From contig CAVTHK010000006.1 of NCBI GenBank assembly GCA_963734495.1, positions 32,001-96,000 on the forward strand: a stretch of DNA of 64,000 nucleotides, written 5' to 3'. Below, piece after piece: positions 31,151-42,156 of this stretch. Below the pieces are notes generated by a model that was given only the letters and a program-made list of their open reading frames with translations, made no database searches and was not told where the DNA came from. The stretch comes from an uncultured Spirochaetota bacterium. Its GTDB lineage: Bacteria; Spirochaetota; Spirochaetia; SZUA-6; CAVTHK01. Each line of letters opens with the position of its first letter. Position 1 is the first letter of the stretch. Position numbers and translations under genes: made by a program.

Positions 31151-34100
31151 TCACGAGCAGCCGGTCGTGCCCCCGCAGGTCTCGCACTTGAGGCAGGTGC
31201 CGTTGCGCACCAGCGTGAAGTGGCCGCACGTCGGGCACGGGTCGCCCTCGTAGCCCTGCATGCGCGCGAGCAGCATCGGGCTCTCGTCCTCCGCGGGCTG
31301 TGCGGCCCGGCCGACCGGGCCGCCCGAAGCGCCGTTGCCGTTCCTGCCGTTCTCCATCGTCTCGGTGGCGATCAGGTCGTCCGGTTTGACCTGCACCAGG
31401 TCGGTCCGGTGGAGGTAGGTCAGCGCCAGGTCGCGGAAGATCAAGTCCAGGACCGACGTGCACATCTTGATGTTGTCGTGGCCGTGCACCATCCCGTTGG
31501 GCTCGAAGCGCGTAAAGGTAAAGGCGTCCACGTACTCCTCGAGCGGCACCCCGTACTGAAGGCCGAGAGAGACCGCGATGGCGAAGCTGTTGAGCAGCGA
31601 GCGGAACGCGGCGCCCTCCTTGTGCATGTCGAGAAAGATCTCACCGAGCGCCCCGTTCTCGTACTCGCCGGTGCGGATGAACAGGCTGTGCTGCCCGATC
31701 TTGGCCTTCTGCGTGTAGCCGTTGCGCCTGTTGGGCAGGGGGCTGCGCTTCTGGAGCTGGGCTGCAGCCTCCGCCGCCGCAGCCGGGGCGCGCGCGGCCG
31801 GGGCCGCCGACGGGCGGGCGCGCGGCGTGAGGCTCGCGCGCCGCCCTGCCCGCGGCGACGATCTCCTCCGCTACCGAGTCCGCGCTCGCGCCGAGCGCCG
31901 ACAGCGGCTGGCTCAGCTTGGAGCCGTCCCGGTAGAGCGCGATCGCCTTGAGCATCTTGCGCCACGAGTCCAGGTACGCCTCCTTGATCTCTTCGACGGT
32001 GGCCTGGCCGGGCATGTTGATCGTCTTGGAGATCGCGCCGGAGATGTACGGCTGCACGGCGGCCATCATGTCGATGTGGGCCTTCCACGCGATGTAGCGC
32101 GTGCCCCAGCGCCCGCTCCTGCTGGCCGTGTCGAACACGGCGTAATGGGCGGGCGAGAGGTGCGGGGCGCCCTCGATCGTCATCGCGCCGCAGGCGTAGC
32201 GGTCCGCGGCTTCCGCCTCTTCGCTCGTGAAGCCGAGGGCCTGCGCCACGTTGAGCGACAGCGCAACATCAGTCTCCGGCACCCCGAGAACCCCGGCCAG
32301 GACCGCCGTCCCGATGACCGTCGGCGTAAGGGCCATGGACAGGCTGAAGCTCGACGGCAGCAACGCCTCGACCTTGTCGAGGGCGTCCGCGGGGATTCCC
32401 CTGGCAGCCAGCGACTCGCGCGAGATGTCCGGCGCACCCGCGAGCGTGCCCCGGCCGACGCAGTACTCCGTGATCTCGCCGATCTGCTGCTCGCTGTATC
32501 CGAGCCGGCGCAGCGCGGGCGGGACCGACTGGTTGATGATCTTGAAGTAGCCGCCGCCGGCGAGCTTCTTGAACTTGACCAGGGCGTAGTCCGGCTCGAT
32601 CCCCGTGGTGTCGCAGTCCATGACCAGCCCGATCGTGCCGGTCGGCGCGATCGCCGTGACCTGCGCGTTGCGGTAGCCGTGCTTCTCGCCGAGCGCGAGC
32701 GCGCGATCCCAGCTTTCGCGCGCGCCCGCGGCGAGGTCCGGCGGGCACGCCGCGGCATCGAGGCCCACCGGCGTGATCGTGAGCCCTTCGTATTCGTCCG
32801 CCGGAGCGCCGTGCGCGGCGCGGCGGTGATTGCGGATGACCCGCAGCATGGGATCGCGGTTGGCGGCGTAGCGCGCGAACGCGCCGAGCTCGCCGGCCAT
32901 CTCGGCCGAAGCAGCGTAGGCCTCGCCCGACAGGATCGCCCCCAGCGCCGCGCCGATGTTGCGGCCCCCAGCGCTGTCGTACGGGATGCCCATCACCATC
33001 AGCAGCGTGCCGAGGTTCGCGAACCCGAGCCCGAGCGTACGGTAGGCATAGCTGCGCCGCGCCACCTCGCGGCTGGGGAACTGCGCCATGAGGACGCTGA
33101 TCTCCAGGACGACGGTCCAGATCCGGATCGCGTGGCGGTACTCCTCGAGCAGGAAGCGGCCGCTCTCCTGGTCGTAGAACTTGAGCAGGTTGAGCGACGC
33201 GAGGTTGCACGCGGTGTCGTCGAGGAATGAATATTCTGAACAGTTGTGGACCACGATGCCGTTCGCGACGAAGTGATGGCTCCGAGGCTCGCTCAGATCG
33301 AAAACGTCTTCGACGCCGCAAGGCGTGAGTGATGCGACGCGGTCAACGAACCCGTCCGCATAGACTCCGACTGAGGCGTTGAGCTCGGCCAGCTTCGCGG
33401 CTTTGGGGCTTGAAGGCAGGAACCCGATCTCGCGCTCAAAGGTCACGCGCGAAGAGCGGCTGAGCCGCAGGCTGTGCATCTGCTGGACGTAGTAGGCGCG
33501 GGTGCCGCCTTTCCCGTCCGGGAGCATCGCGATGTCGCCTCCTGCGCGCCGGCGGTTCTCGTAGATCTTCGCCTTGATGCCGAATCCAAGCAGCAGGAGC
33601 TGGACTTGCTGCAGAAGCTCGAGGCTCGTCGAATCCAGTGCGACGTACATGTCCTTCGAGCGGGAGTTGGCAACAGTACCATCGGTGGAGAAGAGCCCTT
33701 TCAGGACGCCAGCCAGGCTCTCGCGATCGAGCTCGTAGATGGCGTCGGTGAACCGCTTGTGCGCGGACCCCTCGCCGAGCACGGCGTAGCGCGAAAGCTC
33801 CTCGAGCACGGCCGCGACCGCGGTCCCGACGCGCAGCGTCGTGGGTGTAGCCACCAGTCCCGTCCGGCGCGTACCTCGCCGGTCGCCGTCGAAGACCCAC
33901 GCCTTGGCCGCGTCTACGCAATCTTGCAGCTGCAGCGCGAGGTGCGGTTCCCGCTTGCTGACCGTGATGAACAGAGTCCCCTCGCGATCGCCCCGTGCAA
34001 TGCAGCCGTCGCCGACCGCGGCGCCCAGCAGGATCGCCGCCTCTTCAGGCAGCGAGTCGGTACCGAACGCCGGCTTCTCGAGGATCACGTGGTCGTCGCC

Positions 34101-36248
34101 GGTCAGATCTGCCGCGCGCACATCGCCGCGGTTGGCGGTCTTCACCTTGTGATCCGCGGTGAGGCGCAGCCGGTACCCGCCTGCGGTCTTCAGCTCGAAC
34201 ACCGGCTTCGTGCCCGTCTTGAAGATCCGGTCGACGGCAACCGCCTCGCCATCGCCGTTGATGACGGTGACGCTCTCGCCCGACCAGACTCTCAATCCTC
34301 TGCAGGCCGCGGTCCGTGGCGATCAGCGTATCGCCGGTGACGCACGGGTTGGTCGCCCGGATCTCTCCGTCCACGGGGCAGGTGTGCCATTCGTTGATCG
34401 TGGTGTGAAACTGGAGGCCCGGGTCGGCGCACTGCCACGCGCTCACAGCGATCTTCTCCCACAGGGCGCGCGCCTTGACCTTCTCCCTGTGGCTCGAGTC
34501 CGTGCGCCACACGAGATCCCACTCGGAATCGTCGAGGACCGCCTGCATGAACGCGTTGGTCACGCGCACGCTGTTGTTGGAGGACTGGCCGCTCACGGTG
34601 TTGTAGGCCTCGTCGTCCCACTCCGTGCTGTACTCGGCGAGCGGCAGGTCCGTCACGCCCTGGCGCGCGAGCGAGATGATGCGGTGCACGTAGACCGGCG
34701 GCACCTCGTCGCGCAGCGCATCGGCGATCGCGGCGCGCAGCTCGGGGTCGTGGTCTCCCGCGCCGCCGTTCACGAGCTCGACGAGGCGCTTCGCGTGCCT
34801 GCGGAGGATCCGGCTGCCGGTCACCATCGAGGCGACCTTGTGCTCCTCGGTCACCTTCCAGTCGATGTAGTCGCCGATGTCGGGGTGATCGGCGTCGAGG
34901 ATCACCATCTTCGCCGCGCGGCGCGTCGTGCCGCCGCTCTTGATCGAGCTGGCCGAGCGGTCGTTGACGCGCAGGAACGAAAGCACCCCCGAGGAAATTC
35001 CGCCCCCGGAGAGCGGCTCGCGCCTGCCCCGGAGCTTCGAGAAGTTGCTGCCCGTCCCCGACCCGTACTTGAAGATGCGGGCCTCGCGGGCGATCAGGTC
35101 CATGATCCCGCCCTCGGCGACGAGGTCGTCCTCGATGCTCTGGATGAAGCAGTTGTGGACCACGATGTTGTTGGAGAGGTAACGGGCGCTCTCCGTCTGA
35201 ACATCGTAGACCGGCAGAGGACCGAGCTCTTCGATGCGAACGATGGCCTCTTCGCGGATTCCGGGGGAGCCGCCGGCAAGAGCCTCGCCGATCTCGCTGC
35301 GCCCGCCGGCGACCGCCAGGACGGCCGCTCTCATCCGCGAGGCGACGACGAGGCGCATCCCGGCCGCGAGCTCGTCCACGCGCCGCCACGAGCCTTGCTG
35401 ACGCCGCTCGTCGCGCGCCCACACGAGGTGATCGCCCGTCGCGTCGATATGCGCGCCGTTCTTGAGCACGACGCGAAGCACGGGCTTGACGCCATTGGCC
35501 TTGACCGCAACCACCCTCGTCGTGCCGGCGCCGCCGTCGGTGCCGTCAAAGACCTCGAGGCCGACGAGCCCCTTCTCCACTATTTCTCCAATGGGGAAAG
35601 GGCCGCGAGGGGTCGAGATCGGCGCCCAGTACGGCTGACACGCGTGCGGCTGCGGGCGCTCGTAGGCATTCTCGGAGAGCTTGACCTCGCCGGTCGCGGG
35701 GTCGGCGTAGTAATGGCCCTGCGGCGGGCCCTCGATCCCGTAGACCGCGTGCAGGCCGGTGTTGAACCACTGCGGCGAGTTGGGCGCCGCCATCTGGCGC
35801 GCGAGCATGTGGACGAGCTCGTCGTAGAAGGCCTGCGCATCCTCGGGCGAATCGAAGTACCCGTGGCGCTCTCCCCACAGGCGCCACGTGTACGCGAGGC
35901 GATGGAAGACCTGCTTCGCCGAGGTCTCGCCGCCGGTCTTGCCGGACCGTCCGGCGCGCGCCGGCTTCGCCGACCCGGGCTGGCCAGCCGCCCCGGCGAG
36001 CCAGCCGTGCCGGGGGAGCCCGCCGTCTGCCATGCGTCGCGTTTGTCGAGCGGCACGCCCGCTTTCCGGAAGTATTTCTGGGCGAGGATATCGACCGCGA
36101 TCTGCGACCAGCCCGACGGAACTTCGACCCCCTCCATGCGGAACACGACGGAACCGTCGGGGTTCCGCAGCTCGGAGGTCCGCTTCTCAAAATCGATCCC
36201 AGCGTACGGGTCCTTCCCCGGCTGAGTAAAAAGGCGGGAAACGCGCAT
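31151..36248 (-). CDS. nrdJ: Vitamin B12-dependent (class II) ribonucleotide reductase with two inteins and C-terminal TSCPD/Zn-ribbon; several apparent frameshifts
   Basis: [118 protein letters not shown]. Confidence 0.95.
33243..34344 (-). mobile_element. Intein 2 of nrdJ with LAGLIDADG homing endonuclease (~367 aa; 1-nt frameshift near 34280)
   Basis: Begins [10 protein letters not shown] after TNP, ends [10 protein letters not shown] before CSE; block [19 protein letters not shown] and LKGLFSTDG motifs. Confidence 0.93.
35152..35640 (-). mobile_element. Intein 1 of nrdJ, 163-aa mini-intein without endonuclease
   Basis: Begins [11 protein letters not shown] after QPHA, block B IDATGDH, ends VYDVQT...NNIVVHN before CFIQS. 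Confidence 0.93.
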
Positions 36249-36344
36249 GCCCCCCTCCGTTGGCTCTGCTATATATGACAGGTCATGTCAGATACTCCGT
36301 CATGACCCGTAACGTCTAACCTACCATAGCGAGCGTTCCCTTGT

Positions 36345-36393
36345 CCACAAGATATTGTGTGAACAATGCGATTCGGACCACAATAGGTAGCAT
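36345..36393. promoter_or_regulatory. Tandem NrdR boxes upstream of nrdJ
   Basis: CCACAAGATATTGTGT (36345-36360) and CCACAATAGGTAGCAT (36378-36393) versus consensus acaCwAtATaTwGtgt; 33-bp period. Confidence 0.75.
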
Positions 36394-36695
36394 CTACCCT
36401 TCTCATCGGCCGATACGACCGGGTGTGTTATCCCGCAGTTTCCGCCTCAGTGGCCACAGGGCGGGATCCGGGAAGCGTGCCCGCGCCGGCGTCGGCCCGC
36501 GGTTCAAGGCGGCCCACCCGACCCCAGACCACCCCCGGGCGCCCGGGCCGGGGCGGCAGACTAAACCTTCGGACAGGCGGACGCAAGCGCCGCGAGCGGC
36601 TCGACGGCGTCAGCCGTCGATCCGGGTCGGCCTTGCGACCGCAAAACGCCAAACGCACGGAAAGCGCGCGCTGCCTCTGGTATATTGCGGCTTGT

Positions 36696-37259
36696 ATGTG
36701 GGCACGCCTGGAGCTGCAGCGCGCACCCGATCGCCTATCACTCTCGATCCCGCTGCGGGTCCGGCTGCTCCCGGGCATCATTTCCGGCTGGCTCCTCTAC
36801 GCCCTGATCGGCGCAGGCGGAAGCCCCGTCGCGGGCCCGCGCGCCGCAGCCCTGGCTCTCTTTGCCGTGTGCGCCCTCGCCGCCCTCTACGACGATCGCT
36901 GGGTATTCGACCTCGACAAAAAGAAGGTAGTCCGCCGCGTCGGCCTTCTGTTCGCGGCCCGCGAGACCGCGTTCGACATGGCCGAGCTCAGGCGCATCGT
37001 GCTGAGCGGCAGGATCGTCTCGAGCGGTCTCGGGGCCGTCAGAGGCGGCTTCGGCGGCAGCGGCCCGGCCGAAGGCGGCGCCGCGGCCCGCCGCGCGGGG
37101 GTTGCCAGCTACGCGATCCTCTCGCTCGAAGAGGAGGCGGGCACCTGCCGCCGCCTGGAACAGTACCGCGGCACCCGCGCGGGCGACCTGCGTGCCGTGG
37201 CCGCCGAGATCGCCGCCTTCTGCCGCGTGCCGCTCGAGGACCTGACCGCGCGCGACTGA
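36696..37259 (+). CDS. Hypothetical membrane protein (2 TM segments plus soluble domain)
   Basis: Two N-terminal hydrophobic segments, GC3-rich codons, TATATT just upstream. Confidence 0.6.
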   Translation: MWARLELQRAPDRLSLSIPLRVRLLPGIISGWLLYALIGAGGSPVAGPRAAALALFAVCALAALYDDRWVFDLDKKKVVRRVGLLFAARETAFDMAELRRIVLSGRIVSSGLGAVRGGFGGSGPAEGGAAARRAGVASYAILSLEEEAGTCRRLEQYRGTRAGDLRAVAAEIAAFCRVPLEDLTARD

Positions 37260-37356
37260 CGGCGCGGGGCGACCGACTCGCGAGGCGCCGCGGCGATCGC
37301 GGGATGCGCATCCGCCGCGGGCGGGAGGATCACACCCGCGCCGCCCGGGCGGCCTT

Positions 37357-39516
37357 CTACCGGGTCTCGATGACCACCAGGTCGTAGATGTCGAGGCGAT
37401 CGATCGCGACGCTCACCATGCCGTCGGAGAATCCAAAAGGAAGCGACGCTCCCGAGGAAGCGCGGAGCACGCGCTTCGGCGACGAGCCGGAAGCAAGCCT
37501 GACCTGGAGCTTGAGGTCGTGCACCGGCACGGTCTCCGACTGCGGCCGCTTGCCCGTGAGGTTGATCAGGTGGACGATCACTCTCCCCTGCTCGGGCTGG
37601 GCCTGCAGCATGAGGTCTACGGTGACCGGCGCTTCGAGCCGCACGATGTCCCTGTAATCGAGGGCCCATCTCACCGCGTTCGCGATGAGCCGCCGGTGGT
37701 CCGGGTAGCCGAAGCGTTCGTAGAGGCGATCCACCATGGCCGGGAAGAACACGACCTTCCCCTTGCCGAATCGATGGGCGATCGCGGCAGGGATGTCGGT
37801 GTCCTTGTGGGCCACCCACGCTTCGCCTTCGGGGAAGACCCGCGCGGGAAGCTGCCCGGTCAGGAACACCTCGGCATCGGGCAGGGCCCGTGTGAGCCGC
37901 AGGAACCCGGCGTTGGGCAGGACATCGGTATCGCCGATGCCCTCCAGCACGGGATGCTCGCGGGCGGCGAGCCGCATGTAGCTCATGATGCGTCCGGCGC
38001 CTTCGACGGTCCCGGCGAGAGGCCCCAGGCGATCCCCGGCGAGGCGGCATCCGAAGACGTCGGCCAGCGCGAAGTCCTTGCGCATCGCGCCTTCCTCCGT
38101 GAAGAGAGAGGTCTCGTACGTGGCTACGAGCCCTCCCCCGCCGCGGACGAACTCCCGGAGGGCCGAGGCCGAGCCGTCGCTCATGGCTGCCGCGTTGGGC
38201 ACGACGAGCGTCCCGTACTTCTCCAATCCCTTCGCGGAGGACAGGGCGCTGTCGGGAATGATGTCGAACACGATATGGCTCTCGGCGAGGGCCGAGTAGA
38301 CGCCCCGGTAATGCTGCCCGTATCTCTGCCGCGTGTGGTCCCCGGCGTACATGTCGAGGGTTTCGTTGGAAAGGACCACGGCCACATTCACGTAGGAGCG
38401 GACGCCGTCATAGTACTTCTCGTTGTCCGCGAGAAAGTGGAACATGTCGCGGACGGCCTTCATCCCCCTTCGATCTTCAACCATCTGCGGAAATCCGCTG
38501 ATGTGTACAAAGGGATTGACGTTGTTGGCCGCGGCCTCGGCGATCCACATCTTCTCCATCGCCTCGGGGGCGGCGTTCATCCTCCACGGCCAGGGGAAGT
38601 AGTAGCTCGTGGTCGTGATCACCTTGCGGTCGGTGATCGTGTTGAAGTACCGGCCCTCCTCGCCCGCGAACCACATCGGCGGAAGATGGACCTCCCCGTC
38701 GATGTCGTCGAAATAGACCTTGGTCTGAGCCTCGGTTTTGACAAAGTCCTGCAACTCCGAGAGGGCCTGCATGGGCGCGAACGCCCTCTCGGAGATGTCG
38801 TAGGCCTGGTTGATCCAGGTGGCGATCCCCGGCTTCGCCTTGCGGATGGCGTCGATCATCCTGCGGTACTGCTCGATGATCCTCACCTCCCGCCACTTCA
38901 TGTAGGTCTTCCAGTTCTCGCTCCCGGATTCGTCCCCGGCCGGGATCTCTCTGCCGCTGGCCTCCCGATACTCGCGCACGCAGTTATGGCAGTGGCAGAT
39001 GCCCGATCCGTAAGCGCCGAATCCGAACCCCGTGAGGTTGAAGTGGTCGAAGTCGTAGCGCTCGAGGTGCTCGCGGACCACGGGAAGAATGAAGTTCTCG
39101 AGGTACCCGCCGATCGGGCAGGCGATGTAGAGCTCCACGGGGTGGGCGGTGACGATGTGCGGACCTCCGGACGCCGTCTTCATGAACCATTCCGGGTAGT
39201 GGTCGTAGACGGGCCGCGGCACCGCCGCGACATCCACGCACGCGCCGACCTTGATGCTGCTCTCGTGGGCGAGACGAACGACGTCGCCCAGAGGGTCACC
39301 CTCACCGAGATAGGGATTGACGCGGTTCAGCGCGATCTCCGAACGGTAGATGCAGTGGTAGCCCGCGGTGAGAAGGCTCACGAAGTTGCACTTGAGGTCG
39401 ACGAGCGTGGCGACGAATCGGCGGGGATCGAACCCCTGCATGTCCGGCTCGCGCACCGTGATGTGAATGTTCCGGACCGGCTTGCGGGTCCAGAGCGGCC
39501 TGTCGTCTGCGCTCAT
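37357..39516 (-). CDS. Putative glycoside hydrolase (GHL6/alpha-amylase-like TIM barrel plus beta-galactosidase trimerisation domain)
   Basis: DPLGDVVRLAH, YPEWF, ICHCHNC, LVVPNAAAMSD..ALREFVRGGGGLVATYETSL, GKGKVVFF, VHLINLT. Confidence 0.75.
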   Translation of the reverse strand: MSADDRPLWTRKPVRNIHITVREPDMQGFDPRRFVATLVDLKCNFVSLLTAGYHCIYRSEIALNRVNPYLGEGDPLGDVVRLAHESSIKVGACVDVAAVPRPVYDHYPEWFMKTASGGPHIVTAHPVELYIACPIGGYLENFILPVVREHLERYDFDHFNLTGFGFGAYGSGICHCHNCVREYREASGREIPAGDESGSENWKTYMKWREVRIIEQYRRMIDAIRKAKPGIATWINQAYDISERAFAPMQALSELQDFVKTEAQTKVYFDDIDGEVHLPPMWFAGEEGRYFNTITDRKVITTTSYYFPWPWRMNAAPEAMEKMWIAEAAANNVNPFVHISGFPQMVEDRRGMKAVRDMFHFLADNEKYYDGVRSYVNVAVVLSNETLDMYAGDHTRQRYGQHYRGVYSALAESHIVFDIIPDSALSSAKGLEKYGTLVVPNAAAMSDGSASALREFVRGGGGLVATYETSLFTEEGAMRKDFALADVFGCRLAGDRLGPLAGTVEGAGRIMSYMRLAAREHPVLEGIGDTDVLPNAGFLRLTRALPDAEVFLTGQLPARVFPEGEAWVAHKDTDIPAAIAHRFGKGKVVFFPAMVDRLYERFGYPDHRRLIANAVRWALDYRDIVRLEAPVTVDLMLQAQPEQGRVIVHLINLTGKRPQSETVPVHDLKLQVRLASGSSPKRVLRASSGASLPFGFSDGMVSVAIDRLDIYDLVVIETR

Positions 39517-39544
39517 CTGATCCTCCTGCGTGTTGTTGCGGCAG

Positions 39545-40070
39545 GCCACCGACCGTGACCAGGTAGATGGTCGAGCTCAGCAGCGGGAGAGTGATCCAGA
39601 AGAGAACCTCTGGACCCCGCTCGTTCCATCGATCGTGGCAGCCTCGTAGACCTGTTCCGGGACACCCTGAAGGGCCGCCAGGAAGATCACCATGTATCTC
39701 CCGGCCGCCCGGCGAGCTTCGCGTCCAGCAACGGCGCGAGCGCAAGCGTCGCCGCGACCCGCAACGGGACCGAAATTGCAACGAACACGCTCGTGTTGGC
39801 CAGGGCCTTGATCGCGAGATCGTCGGTGAGGATGCGCTTGAGGTTGCTCAGACCGGTCCACTCGAGCGGCGTGATGATGTCGTACCTGGTGAAGCTCAGA
39901 AACAACGACGTCGCCAGGGGCCCGAGCTGGAAGACCAGGAAGCCGACGACCCAGGGCAGAACGAAGATGCAGCCCCAGAACCAGCGCCTCGCCTCCGACC
40001 TGACACGCCCGCCGGGTCGCAGCGTCCGCCTGCGGTCGGCTGCCTTGAAGTCCGCGACGTGCACGCGCAT
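39545..40070 (-). pseudogene. Carbohydrate ABC permease (MalF/UgpA type) remnant with internal and C-terminal deletions
   Basis: N-terminus FVLPWVVGFLVFQLGP..SLFLSFTRYD..GLSN..ALANT jumps directly to MVIFLAALQGVP..YEAATIDG, then ITLPLLS, then decays; ~175 codons versus ~300 usual. Confidence 0.75.
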
Positions 40071-40236
40071 ACGCCTCCCGGGCCGCGAAGGTCAACGCAG
40101 CGGATCCAAGCCGCACCGGACCCGCGTCCGCACCCCGCCACGGCCAGACCCTGCGCCGCGCGGGGACCAGGGCACACTATAGACGATCGCCCCCGGAACG
40201 AAAAGGCGTCGAAAGCGGCGGAGAGGGCCCGGCGAC

Positions 40237-41241
40237 CTACACCCGGCTCCAGTCGAACAGCGTCGCCAGCCTCTCGAGGCGCATGTACAGCGTGTCCTGG
40301 TAGACCTTCTGGCAGTCTCTCGGCGACGCGAGGGCGCAGAGCCCCTCGACGTCGATGCGGCCCGACGCGATCCACTGCAGGCCCGTGCCCATGTTGCCGA
40401 ACATGCTGTTTTTCCGGAACTCGGCCGGGTGCGCGGCCACTGCCTGCTCCTTGCCGCTGCGGAGGCTCGCGAACGAACGGAACAGCCGGTGCAGCAGGTC
40501 CTGCGCGAAGATCTCCGTCCGCCGCACCATGGGCACGCCTGCTACGACGACCTCGCCGCCCTTTTCCACGAGCGAGACGCCGTCCAGGATCGCCTGCTCG
40601 TGACCCGAGCAGTCGAGCACCAGCGGCACCTTCGCGATGTACGAAGGGTCGTCGAGCGGCATGGCCGGCAGGACCTTGGCGAGCCCCTTGCCTTGCGCGA
40701 TCCCGCGCCTCGCCGCCACGGGCTCGACCGCGGTCACGTCGTAGCCGCTGGTGTCGAAGACCAGCGCGGCCATGAGGCCGACCGGCCCCAGCCCGGCGAC
40801 CACGACCTTCCCGGGCGGCCGCGCCGTAGTGGTCGTGAGCGCGCTCATCCCGATGTTCATGAGGCGCGCAAACGGAGCACGGTCCGGAGCGAGCCCCGCT
40901 GGAAGCGGGATCACCTCTGCCCGCGGCCAGCGCTGCCACGATGCGTGCTTGCCCTGACAGAAGACGACGTCACCGGCCTTGAGGTCCTGGACCTCGGCGC
41001 CGGCCGCTTCGACGCGGAAGACCGCGGCGTAACCCGGCACGAAGGGGAGCTTCCCCCAGGAAAGGCCTTCCTTCTCGTAGTTCCCGAGATAGATGTTGAG
41101 CTCCGTGCCGGCGCTGACCTGAGTGTAGATCGTGTGACCCGCGACCTCGTTCGGGCCGAGCGGCTTCGCGTCACTCGGCTCGCTCACGAGCTCGGCCTGC
41201 TCCGCCGCCTTGAAGAGGACCTTCGATTCCCGAGCGCTCAC
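40237..41241 (-). CDS. Medium-chain (zinc-binding type) alcohol dehydrogenase family protein
   Basis: VSAGTE, PFVPGY, VVAGLGPVG, LDCSG. Confidence 0.85.
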   Translation of the reverse strand: MSARESKVLFKAAEQAELVSEPSDAKPLGPNEVAGHTIYTQVSAGTELNIYLGNYEKEGLSWGKLPFVPGYAAVFRVEAAGAEVQDLKAGDVVFCQGKHASWQRWPRAEVIPLPAGLAPDRAPFARLMNIGMSALTTTTARPPGKVVVAGLGPVGLMAALVFDTSGYDVTAVEPVAARRGIAQGKGLAKVLPAMPLDDPSYIAKVPLVLDCSGHEQAILDGVSLVEKGGEVVVAGVPMVRRTEIFAQDLLHRLFRSFASLRSGKEQAVAAHPAEFRKNSMFGNMGTGLQWIASGRIDVEGLCALASPRDCQKVYQDTLYMRLERLATLFDWSRV

Positions 41242-41299
41242 CCGCGCCTCCTCGATTCTCGGATAGGGCGACGGCCCCGCAAGGCCGCCGCACTGCGTT

Positions 41300-42133
41300 C
41301 TACTTCAGGCTCGCCAGGTAGCCCTTCATTTTTTTCACGTAGTCCGGGAAGGCGACGTGCGCATCCGGCAGGGCCGGGTGCCACGCCTTTTCCCACTCGA
41401 AGGTGAGGTAGCCCTTGTAGCCGGCATCCTTGAGGAGCTGCAATGCCTCGATGTTCGGCACGTTGCCTTCGCCCAGGAGCGTGTAGCGGTGACCGACCCG
41501 TTCGCTCGGGTCCAGTACGGAATCCTTGAAGTGCGTGTCGTGGGTCCATTTGCCCACGTTGCCGAAGGCCTCTTTCATCGTCTGGCCCAGCGTGCGGAAC
41601 GGGTGGTGCACGTCCCAGAGGACGCCGACCCAAGGATGGTTCGCGCGCTCCATGACCTCGCGCACGACATAGGTGTCCGTGAAATCGTCGTGCGTTTCGA
41701 GCAGGACGAGGATCTTCTTCCTGGCGGCGTAGTCGCCCGACGCCTTGAGGCAGTCCACGACCCACCCGTAGGCGTCTTCTTTTTTCGCGTCCTTGGGGAT
41801 GGCGCCGCCGAAGACCCGGATCGTCTTCGCGTTCATGGCCTCGGCGAGGTCGATGTTCGCTTTGGCGTCCGCCACGTTCTTGTCGCGCTCGGCCTTGTCC
41901 TTCTGCACGAACTTGGCCCCGGTCAGCATCATCATGATCTCGAGGCCGGCGTCGCGGAACCGCTTGATCGTGGCCTTGCGGTTCTCAGGGAGAAACTCGG
42001 GGATCTTCGTCAGGTCCATCTGGCCTTTGAGCCCGCGGAACCCGACGCCGTCGTAGCCGTACTGCCTGGCGTACTTGAGGACATCGTCCATCGACCAGTC
42101 CGGCGCCCCGAGCGTGCTGAAGCTCAGTTTCAT
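41300..42133 (-). CDS. Sugar phosphate isomerase/epimerase (xylose isomerase-like TIM barrel)
   Basis: MKLSFSTLGAPDW, IRVFGG, LLETHDDF, LWDVHHP, HFKDS, FEWEKAWHP. Confidence 0.88.
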   Translation of the reverse strand: MKLSFSTLGAPDWSMDDVLKYARQYGYDGVGFRGLKGQMDLTKIPEFLPENRKATIKRFRDAGLEIMMMLTGAKFVQKDKAERDKNVADAKANIDLAEAMNAKTIRVFGGAIPKDAKKEDAYGWVVDCLKASGDYAARKKILVLLETHDDFTDTYVVREVMERANHPWVGVLWDVHHPFRTLGQTMKEAFGNVGKWTHDTHFKDSVLDPSERVGHRYTLLGEGNVPNIEALQLLKDAGYKGYLTFEWEKAWHPALPDAHVAFPDYVKKMKGYLASLK

Positions 42134-42156
42134 CAAAGCGTTCTCCTCTCTCGTCG

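Noticed and set aside
36249-36420. Cobalamin riboswitch upstream of nrdJ
   Set aside because: No B12-box or conserved GGGAA/GCCACTG core is seen; the region is better explained by NrdR boxes.
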